A stretch of DNA of 64,000 bases from the NCBI RefSeq assembly GCF_006345805.1, contig NC_042998.1:72912001-72976000 (forward strand). Direction: 5' to 3'. Position 1 is the first letter of the stretch, and each line of letters opens with the position of its first letter. The notes beneath the pieces are model-generated. The model had not been told where the DNA came from and made no database searches. It saw nothing but the letters and a program-made list of their open reading frames with translations. A program made the translations under genes and the position numbers. Below, one piece after another: positions 52,235-64,000 of this stretch. Origin of the DNA: Octopus sinensis (lineage: Eukaryota).

Positions 52235-53633
52235 AAGAAATCAAAAAAGAAAAGGGGAGAAATACGCACACTTTACGTAGTTTTAATATAAATCTTAATA
52301 TATCGACAGGTTTCGCTATCGGTATTCATGATATTATGTTTTACTTATTTCAATATGTATTTTCTTAGGAAGAAATTTTGTCCGTGTTGTGTGTGATGAT
52401 ATTTACGAGTGAATAACTTCACAAGTAGAAAAATAAGGGGAAGTAATTGGTTATCGTTATTATTGTTTTTTTGTGGGTAAGGGAGATAACTGTTCAGCTT
52501 TCGGTAAAGAGTCAACTTTACACCTGGCGAAACACTAAATGATATTACCCACTCACCTAAAGTAGAAAACACACGTGCTATTAAAAACAAAAACAAACAT
52601 GCAATAGAAACATACAAATCCAAGATCGAATGGTAAGTAGGAAAAAAATAAACACGACCCAAAATAATAAAAATAATAGTGACAACGACACACAAAATAA
52701 CAACAACACAAAATAGGTTCAAGCAACCAAATAAAAATTACACAAATTTTGAGGTCTTATCGTACAACCCAGTCCCTGGTTTGCAAATATCGCAGATGGG
52801 CAAGGAATTCCTTGCAGCGGTAGGTAGGTGCTTCCCTAAAACATAAATATAATTTTATCCTTAACAGGCACACAGTAAAATATCGTGCGCCACATCCAAC
52901 AACATGAAGTACTCCATACACAAATACAAATGTATGAATGCAAACAACAACCACAAATACGGAACGAAGAGACGAAAACAACACTGGGTATAAGAGCAAG
53001 AACACAAATAAACACAATATGGATCACAAAAACAAGTATAGCGATCCCGGCAGTTATAATAGGAACATAAGAAGCACTGATAAAACAAACAACAAAACGG
53101 ACATTACCATCAAGAACACTCCAAACACTGTAAATCAACTGGAAAATCACGGAAACAAAAGCAAAATATCATCTAATAACTACAAAAATAATAATAGTGC
53201 AAATTATAGCAGCTGTCGCAATAAATTTGCATGTCCATACATGTATAAGTGCATGCAAAACAAAAAAACACCATCTACGAATGCACAATCACTACACGAC
53301 TATATAAATATGCAAACATTGGAGCCTCGAAAAACCAATTCAAGGTCCGTTACCGCAATCATATCCCCTCATTCCGAAAGATAAGCGAACAACAAGCAAT
53401 AACATAGCGGACGTAACATGGAGATCAAAAGAAGGAAAAACAAAATATGAAATAACATGGTCAAGAATAAAAAAAACGCACACACATAATATATAATCTG
53501 GAGTGTGTGACTTGTACCTTGAAGAAGCCTTGTGTATCTTGTTCAGCAAAGAAAACCTGGTAAACAAGCTTAGTGAGAAAACCCAAGGATGTTGCCACCG
53601 ATCGAGATATAGATTTTCACTATCATGCACTTA
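52235..53633 (+). mobile_element. Degenerate PLE (third Hydra-like family): inverted terminal segment then 5'-truncated ORF
   Basis: YNP..MGKEFLAAVGRCFPK..LNRHTVK, Asn/Thr-rich linker, SCRNKFACPYMYKC, TIYECTIT..NIG..FKVRYRNHI, YEITW, CDL..E, LVNK.SE..GCCH, stop at ~53633; 52235-52336 matches 60585-60678. Confidence 0.75.
52300..52334 (-). ncRNA. Minimal hammerhead-like motif with variant core (AUGAAUA)
   Basis: AUAUC-AUGAAUA-CC GAUA GC-GAAAC-CU-GUC-GAUAU; stem I intact, stem II has a C-C mismatch. Confidence 0.5.
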
Positions 53634-53647
53634 ATAATAATAATAAC

Positions 53648-55437
<1,790 letters not shown>

Positions 55438-55493
55438 TGAATAATAATAATAATATATAATAATAATAATATAATAATAATAATAATAATATA

Positions 55494-55525
<32 letters not shown>

Positions 55526-55531
55526 TAATAA

Positions 55532-55562
<31 letters not shown>

Positions 55563-55625
55563 AAGAAGAAGAAGAAGAAGAAGAAGAAGAAGAAGAATAA
55601 GAAGAAGAAGAAGAAGAAGAAGAAG
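55438..55625. repeat. (AAT)n followed by (GAA)n microsatellite
   Basis: Direct inspection. Confidence 0.95.
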
Positions 55626-56167
55626 AGCTCCGGGCTGAATAACAACATGGATGTTCCCTGGGAGCCTCTCTCCAAAAAACGAATTTAATCCAACAACATC
55701 GTTGCAATGGAAGAAAGGTTCCACAAAATATCTTTTCCAAATTTTCTTTTAAGGCAAAGTAACTAAAAAGTCTGAACTATTATTGCCATATATAGTATGG
55801 TTTTCTTTCTTTTATGCATAATATTTCCATGTGACATGCATAAGAAATAGAAGCGAACATCAGAGCTCTTGAAAGACAGTAAGTACATAAATTGATTAAT
55901 TAATTAATTAATTAAATAAGTATACATGCAACTGTTTATGCATACACGTAGACATTTTAATTGTAAAGTATACATGCAACTGTTTATGCATACACGTACA
56001 CATTTTAATTATAAAGCATAAATAATGCTTACACGCGCTCACACGTACACACAGAAAGAAAAACCACAGTTCGCGGACGAAAACAAAACAAAAACAAAGC
56101 GATTTTTCACGAACAAACGCAAAAAAGAGCAAATTGGTCACTGAATTTAGAAAGTCACTGAACAGTT

Positions 56168-59100
56168 ATGCCCGGAAACATGACTACCAAAATAAATAGA
56201 GGCGAATTTCGATCTGTAAGTCTTATGCGAGTTCGATATGAACAATATATTAATTCGGAGAATTCAGAAGCGGTGTTTTGTCAAAAAATTGACCCTGTAC
56301 AAACAGTCCCTTCTTCTAACGTCACCGTCACAGAAGCGGCGTCTTGTCAAAAAGTTGACTCTGAAAAAATGGACCCCTTTGATGTCGCCGTCAATCATTT
56401 AATGAAAACAAGCCAAAAATCATGCCGGATCGGTCATCGCCCGGGACAACAAGGACCGCGTTACCCAGTAGGGAACCAGGCTTGGGTCGAAAAGTTTGCT
56501 GCTGGAACAAACTCTCAAAAAGACGATCTACCAGGTGACCAGAACTAGAATACTTCTAACTCTGGACTTGTAGTGACACCACCATAAACACCACCTAAAG
56601 CAAAACGTATAAAGTGGACCAGAGAGGACTATAGAGATGTGTTGAAAGCTTTTTATTCAGCCCAACTAAACCCAAACAATAACCTCAGTGTACAAACATA
56701 CATCTCATGGAGAAATTCAGTAGGCAATGACGTACGTAGATATATAGACGCAAATAAATTAAGTAATGTACGCAGAGATATAATTAAAAACAAAAGACTA
56801 ACTGACGCTGAAATTGACAAAATTAGGACACTAATAGCTCATGGTAGACCAAAAGAAAACAGCAACAATGTAGACGAAATAGGTAACAGTAGCGCAGAAG
56901 CCAGTGTACAAGCGGCAAATCAACTTCCCAATGGGGAAGTTAAACAAAGAATAGCGAAGACGAGAGATTTGAAAAAAGAGGAGAACGTAGACCTTCCTCA
57001 AGAAAACCAAAATAGATATGACATAGAATTTGAGGTGAATAATAGAGAAAAGATTATGGAAGCAAAAGTGGACATTATGAGAGAACTCGGCAAGATTGAG
57101 CTCACTGACATGGTTAATAGAGAACCACTACCAAAGTTTTCAAATGGCACAAGGAATAACAACACAATCATGACATATAACGTTGCCCTAGGACAGATCT
57201 TAAGAAATAAGGGGAATGATTTGACAACCTTAAATAATCTCATTTATTCCACTGCTAAAGTAGTAACTACCCAACTAGGTATTAAGATGACAAAGAAAAC
57301 GGCCAGGCATGTCAATGAACCTTCTAAGTGGAAAGTAGCGATACAAAAAGAGATTGAATCTCTGCGGGCGGATGTTTCAGTTCTCGATGAGCTTGCTAGA
57401 GGAGTGAATATTAAGCCGAGAAACGCTAGAAAAATCAAGCAAAAATATAAAATCAAAGATCTCATAAACCTCCCTGCAACTAAGGAACTGTTGAAACAAC
57501 GGATACAGTTGAAAGCTCAACGGCTGAGAAGGTATGACAAAAGAAACAAATTTTATCGACAAAATAAATTTTTTAAGACAGATTCAAATAAATTTTATAG
57601 GGAAATTGGCAAAAATAAAATACACATAGAAGATCCACCTATGATTGAGGAAGTGGAGGAGTTCTGGAAGAAGGTATGGAGCAACGAAAAAGAGTTTAAT
57701 GCTGAGGCTGACTGGATAGAACGTGAGAAAGAGAGACTGGATGAACTTGAAGAACAGAAATGGGAAGCAATAGGAATAGAGGAGCTAAGGTGTGTCCTTA
57801 GGAAGGCTCATAAATGGAAAACCCCAGGACTGGATCGGATCCCTAACTTCTGGCTGAATTGTTTGACAGAGGTACACGAACATCTCGCTGCATCTCTGTC
57901 TGATGTCATTCAGAACCTAGAACAAATACCTGCTTGGCTGACTGAAGGAACCACCTATCTATTACCTAAAACCGAAGACACAAAAAACCCAAAGAATTAC
58001 CGGCCAATAACATGTCTCAACACCACCTACAAAATCCTCACATCCATAATAACGGAGAGAATGTACGCTTTCCTTGAACAAAATTCTATCCTTCCACAAG
58101 CTCAAAAAGGTTGTATAAGAAACTCTTATGGGTGCAAAGACCAATTGCTCATAAACAGAATGATTGTAGAGAATTGCCGGAGCAAAAACGAAAACCTGAG
58201 TATGGCATGGATAGACTACAGGAAAGCGTATGACAGTGTCCCACATAAATGGATACTCAAGGCCCTTGAGATATACAAGATCTCTCCTGTCGTCTCAAAA
58301 TTCTTAGAGAATAGCATGACCATGTGGAACACACGTCTCTTTCTAAGCCATAGTAATGGGATGAGCCAGTCCAACAGCATCAACATCAAACGCGGCATCT
58401 TTCAAGGTGACTCCCTCTCTCCATTACTTTTTTGCATGGCACTGATCCCACTCTCAAACGAATTGGATAGTACCAGATATGGGTACAAAGTTTTTAGTAA
58501 GTTAATAAACCACCTTTTCTATATGGACGACCTAAAGCTGTTTGCCAGGAATGACCAAGAGCTAGAAGGGCTGCTAACAACTGTTAAAGAGTTTAGCAAT
58601 GATATCGGAATGGATTTTGGCCTTGATAAGTGTGCTAAAGCAACTTTTGTAAGAGGCAAGCTCAGGCAAACAGCTTCTGTTAAATTAGATATTGACACTA
58701 CCATCAAGGAACTTGACCCACAAGAAAGTTACAAATACCTAGGAATCAACGAAGGAGATGGTATACATCATGCTACTATGAAGGAAAAAATAAGAAAGGA
58801 ATACTATAGGAGAATAAGGCTTGTACTGAAGACTGAACTCAACTCCAAAAATTATATTGAGGCCATTAACACCCTGGCACTTCCAGTAGTCCAGTACAGT
58901 TTTAACATCATTAACTGGAACCTTACGGAACTCCAACGCTTGGACAGGAAGACAAGAAAGTTACTGACATCCAAGAGCATGCACCACCCTAAGGCAGATG
59001 TAGACCGCTTGTACCTACCTAGAAGCAGCGGGGGGAGAGGAATGATGCAATTAGAGCTGTGCTATAAAACCTCTGCTGTAGGAATGAACAGGTACCTATC

Positions 59101-60057
59101 TAGTACAAAGGATTGGATGCTGCGACTTGTGTGCGAACACGAAAGCAGCAAAAAGCTGCATTCTATTGTCAAGGAAGCTTATAAGTTCGAAAGGGAACTA
59201 GACATTAACCTTGAATCAGATGAAGAGCCGGAAACCACTGCTACCAAGCAAGCAAAGCGAATCAAGCAGACTGCAAAAAAGAACGGGCAGAATCAAATTG
59301 AGAGGCGGTGGAGCCAGAAGCCCCTGCATGGACAATATATTCTCCGAAGCCAAAATGCTGATGTAGACCAAGCAACAACCCATCAGTGGCTGAAGAGCTC
59401 TGGATTGAAAGCAGAGACTGAAGGCTTCATAATGGCAGCACAAGATCAAAGCTTGTTTACCAGAAATTACCAGGCTAACGTTCTCCGAAACGGTACTGAA
59501 CCTAAATGCAGATTCTGTGACACATTTGACGAAACAATAGACCATCTCGTTTCGGGATGTCCTGAGCTGACACCAAACGAATACAAAAATCGCCACGATA
59601 GGGTAGGACAGTATATACATTGGAAGATATGTAAACACTACAAATCCGACACTCCTGCTAACTGGTATGAACACCATCCTCAACCAGTTGTTGAAGGTAA
59701 AGATGTCACCATCCTCTGGGATTTTCTAGTCAACACTGACAGAACGATCAAGGCTAATCGACCAGACAGGGAAGAAAATACCTGCAGACTAATAGAAGTA
59801 AGCGTCCCCACTGATAAAAATGTATCTGTCAAGGAATTTGACAAACTTAGTAAATATAGGACCTGGAAATCGAAATACAGAGGATGTGGAATCTTAAAAC
59901 AAAAACTGTTCCTGTTATTGTAGGTGCCCTAGGTATGATAAAAAAGGGATGTCAGAAACACCTAGACAATATCCCTGGAAAACCATGTCTCAAGGAAATC
60001 CAAAAGATTGTGCTAACAAGTACTGCCCACATCCTTAGAAAAACCCTATCAATGTAA
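56168..60057 (+). pseudogene. RT-zinc finger-RLE polyprotein; 1094-aa open segment 56639-59923
   Basis: RIKWTREDY N-terminal motif, KTPGLD, NYRPITCL, DYRKAYDSVPH, GIFQGDSLSPLLF, YMDDLKLF, CRFC..ETIDHLVSGC..RHD, RPD..IEVSVP..K..KY; two in-frame stops (56546, 56585), a short deletion after RPD, and a 1-nt deletion near 59858. Confidence 0.95.
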
Positions 60058-60210
60058 ATGTTTGTGTTTGCATTACATGGAGATATATCTCTACTTCCCC
60101 TCCCCAAGCTTTCAGCTATATTTCAACAACTCTTAACCTTCACTTGCCCTAGGGCGCTGGGTGTGCCCCGGCAGGTGATTGCATCAAACATGCAGATTAA
60201 AAGTAAATGA
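56168..60210 (+). mobile_element. Near full-length R4/Dong-type non-LTR retrotransposon; 5' end may extend to ~55533
   Basis: Single long ORF, 3' UTR 60058-60205, then (AAT)n to 60330. Confidence 0.95.
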
Positions 60211-60215
60211 CAATG

Positions 60216-60254
<39 letters not shown>

Positions 60255-60272
60255 TAGATAATAATAATATTG

Positions 60273-60332
<60 letters not shown>

Positions 60333-60469
60333 TGAACTCTCTCCATCCCTTTCTATACAAACACACGAATAATATAACAACCACATAGATATCATATGCG
60401 TACATGCAGTTGTGAGCATGGATGCATGTGCAATCACACGCACAGGTGAGTACGCTTATGTATGTATAT

Positions 60470-60527
<58 letters not shown>

Positions 60528-60528
<1 letters not shown>

Positions 60529-60680
60529 GTAGTAACAGAAAGTAGGAATTTCGATTATCCCCAAGTGGTGAGTTGTAATGTATATAAGGAATTAAAAAAA
60601 GGAAAATACGCACACTTTACATATTTTTAATATAATTTTTAATATCTTGACCGGTTTCGCTATCGCTATTCATGATATGT
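60528..60680 (-). mobile_element. PLE terminal segment related to 52235-52336, next to (TA)n
   Basis: Shared gaaaatacgcacactttac..ttttaatata..gac.ggtttcgctatcg.tattcatgatat. Confidence 0.75.
60641..60678 (-). ncRNA. Minimal hammerhead-like motif with variant core (AUGAAUA)
   Basis: AUAUC-AUGAAUA-GC GAUA GC-GAAAC-CG-GUC-AA-GAUAU; stem II intact, palindromic ACCGGU at stem III, 2-nt bulge in stem I. Confidence 0.5.
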
Positions 60681-63089
60681 GCACCTCTGTTTGCGTGTTT
60701 TGTTTCCATGGATGGATGTATATTATGTATATAATTTTATGTGTGTGTATGTATTAGCGTGCGCATGCATATTTGTATATGTGCGCGAGCATGTACGTGT
60801 ATGTATGCAACCGTTCATAAAGGTTAGTCAATGTAATCGCAAGAACAAATCAACAGTTCAAATACATCAAGTGCGACAATCACTTTAACAACGACGATCA
60901 CTTTAAATCCAGTAAATCCACCATCCCAATCCATCTACACAATCAAAGTACTTTGCCAACGGACCTTCAGTCACAACACATATCTTGATACCCTCGGTGG
61001 CTGCTACTAAGTCCAGGCCATAACAGACGTTGAGATGCTCTTCAAGCCGAGAATTTGAACTTACGGAAACAATATTCATATATCGCCTGAGGAAACACAA
61101 CCAGATCTCATAATGGAGGGAACCGGTTACATAACCAAATATCTGCAAGAACCAAATATCTGCAAAAACAGTTAATTTATTTGCATTTTGGTATATATTA
61201 AGCTAAAAAAGTATCTATCCAATACAAACAAATTTTGACCTAATAATTATTGAGAGTAGATTCTATATCTTTACAGTTAAATTAATTATAAATAATTGCT
61301 TATAACACATACACGAGGCTAGGAAATTTGTAGAAGACCAGTCTATGATATCGATCTAAAATTGACTAATGTTTTATTTTCATTAGCTGTAAGCTATAAA
61401 GCCGTCCAAATACCTCAAGGTAACACATATCAGAAATTCTCCCAATCAACAAACATTAAAATTCTAATAAATAGTAAAACAAGAGATGATGATAGGTAGG
61501 TCAACGTTCACTTTATATCACTTTTACTTTCTCATATCATCCGTACTAAAGATTTCTTTTCGGATTTAGGCACTTCGCTTTCATAATTTTATGTCGGGAA
61601 GTATAGTTCATAAAAACATGAAATAATTAATTATTTTATAGAGACACAAAGTCAGTCGTCCCATTTCATTAACATACAGTTCTTAATATCTTAACACTTG
61701 GTCTATTCCTAATTTCTGTAACACAGCCAACAGAAACATGTAACTAACGATTTAAATCACTAGTGTACAAACATAAAGGTTACCCAATGAAGGGATATTT
61801 GTCTGCCTAAAGGAGTAATAGCAACGAATGCTTTCTTTCACAAACGTACAATTGTGGTTCTAAATTTTGCAGCAGGTATGCTCAAATAGGCAGGGCCTGT
61901 TTCGCCAGATATATATGTCAATAGACATATTCGTCCATTTATGCTTATACCTTGTTATAAATGATTATGTAACTCCCTTTATTGTCAATGAATTCTTGTT
62001 ATATACATTGTTTGTACTTAAGCTCTAAATATACACAACGGTGGCTTTAAAATTTATTTTCTAGAAGACTGGTAATAAACCATAGTATCTATATAAGTTG
62101 TCGAAAGGTGAACAATAAGTATAAGCCACGTGGCATAAACTGTCTATTCTTGAACAATGTACAGATAAAAGTTTGTAATTATATAAATTTTCAGCTGTGA
62201 TGAATTACACCAATACTAATGTCTTGATAGCGTCATCACTATTAACTAGTTTTAATTTATTTCACATCACGGTAGATAACAGATTAATTCAGAGTGTATT
62301 TAATGTCAAATGATATACTGCCCAAGAATTCCTCTTAATTTATGTATCTCATAAGACATCGCGTCGTTATTGAAGATTTCCGATGCAAAATAGCACAAAA
62401 TGTTATCGTTAATACATAACAAACACACACGCACACACGGACACACATACATATAGATATATATATATTACACTTTAGTTATTAACTCTCTTTGATACGT
62501 TATATATATTGTATGTATTCATAAATGAATAACATATTTTCACATCTTAATTCATTCTTCTTTGCAGTTTATGTAACAACATAGCTATCACTTTTCTTGC
62601 TTATGTTTGAAAAAGAAATTCCTCTGGTTTAATTTCTGTAAATTACCTTTTATCTGCTATATGAAATATATTTCCATGTGTTATTGAAAATCTCATGAAT
62701 GTGTCTGCATTAATCTCACCTATTGTATACGGGTACGTTTGTATATACATGCTTACACACATTCATATGCAAACATACACGGATAGATATATATTATGAA
62801 TATTAGAAAGATGCGTGTATATGTATGCGTGTATCGATGAACGCTCATATGTGTGTGTGTGTGTGCGTGCGTGTGTGTGCTTGTTCGTGTATTTCAAAAA
62901 TCATATCAGGTTGTTTGTGTATTTTGTAATACTACATAATAATATGCTCTTGAAGAATGTTATTTGTAGACAATATACGCATGCTGTAATCCAAGAGTAG
63001 TACTTCAATTTAGTCAAAATATATATTAGGAAGAACAGCAAATGTCTCCATGGAATTACTTCTTGCTATCTTAAAACGGAACTTATCGT

Positions 63090-63092
63090 TCA

Positions 63093-63124
<32 letters not shown>

Positions 63125-63200
63125 GACGATGATGATGAAGATGACGACGACGACGACGACGACGACGAGGAGGAGGCGAGTGGGAGGAGAAGGAGAAGGC
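63090..63200. repeat. (GAT/GAC/GAG)n microsatellite
   Basis: Direct inspection; explains the poly-D/S/H ORFs. Confidence 0.9.
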
Positions 63201-63329
63201 TAGTAGGAGAAGATATAAGAAAGAATGAAGTATGTGTTTTACACGAGTTTGTAAATATCTGCATGAATAGAGGACGGCAAAATTAGCAACACGCCTCACA
63301 GTATACCTTGTATTCTTTGATTTTTTTTT

Positions 63330-63593
63330 CTTTTATGTGTTTCAGTCATTTGACTGCAGCCATGCTGGAGCACCGTTTTTTGTCGAACAAGTCGACCCCA
63401 GGACTTATTCTTTTGTAAGCATAGTACTTATTCAATTGGTCTCTTTTTGCCAAACCGCCAAGTTACGGGGAGGTAAACACACCAATATCCGTTGTCAAGC
63501 GATGGTGGGGTGACAAACACTGACACAGAAATACATACATACATACATACATATATACATACATATATACACACACACACATACACACACACA

Positions 63594-63681
<88 letters not shown>

Positions 63682-63835
63682 GACGGGCTTCTTTCATTTT
63701 ACGTCTACCAAATCCATTTCCAAGGCTTTGGTCGACTCGAGGATATAGTATAAGACACTTGCACAAGGTACCACGCGTGGGACTGAACCCGGAACCATGT
63801 GGCTGGGAAGCAAACTTCTGACCACACAGCCACTC
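63330..63835 (-). mobile_element. SINE family A, near complete
   Basis: Reverse complement gagtggctgtgtggtcagaagtttgcttcccagccacatggttccgggttcagtcccacgcgtggtaccttg..., internal microsatellite, tail cggtgctccagcatggctgcagtcaaatgactgaaac. Confidence 0.9.
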
Positions 63836-63857
63836 GCTCTACATATCTTTTGGTACT

Positions 63858-64000
63858 TAAATGTCTGAGTTCAAACTTTGCTAAGTCAGCTTTACATTTC
63901 ATCATTTCAAGCTTGATAAAATAAGTACCAGCTGAGTACTTGAATCGATGAAACTGACTATCCCACCATTTGCCTCAAATTTCTGGCCTTGTGTTACAAT
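63858..64000 (+). mobile_element. SINE family B, degenerate, runs off the window
   Basis: ctgagttcaaact..tttcatcatttc..gataaaataagtaccagctgagtac..tcgat..ggccttgtg. Confidence 0.6.

Overview
Eukaryotic (animal) genomic DNA: AT-rich, dense in microsatellites ((TA)n, (TG)n, (TATG)n, (TAA)n, (GAA)n, (TAGA)n, (ATG)n) and dominated by transposable elements. The SINE families and repeat style suggest an octopus/coleoid cephalopod intron or intergenic region (inference, no search run). No intact host gene can be supported; almost all ORF-track entries are microsatellite artefacts or TE fragments. Recognisable content: (i) several Penelope-like elements (PLEs, GIY-YIG), including a young insertion at 14.6-17.1 kb with a perfect 222-bp inverted terminal copy and an intact-looking type I hammerhead ribozyme on each strand, plus a family carrying a hammerhead-like motif with a non-canonical AUGAAUA core (52.3 and 60.65 kb); (ii) R4/Dong-type non-LTR retrotransposons (RT + CCHC + RLE) in (TAA)n tracts, one nearly full length (56-60 kb); (iii) a ~420-codon gag/ORF1-like pseudo-ORF with a zinc knuckle and no adjacent ORF2 (28.3-29.6 kb); (iv) DNA transposons: Tigger-like MITE, deleted Tc1, Buster/Charlie-like hAT, a 381-bp Helitron, a palindromic MITE; (v) three tRNA-type SINE families, one sharing its 3' tail with a CR1/L2-like LINE fragment in the window; (vi) local duplications and long hairpins. 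All translations and alignments were done by eye; clade names are recalled family knowledge and need confirmation.
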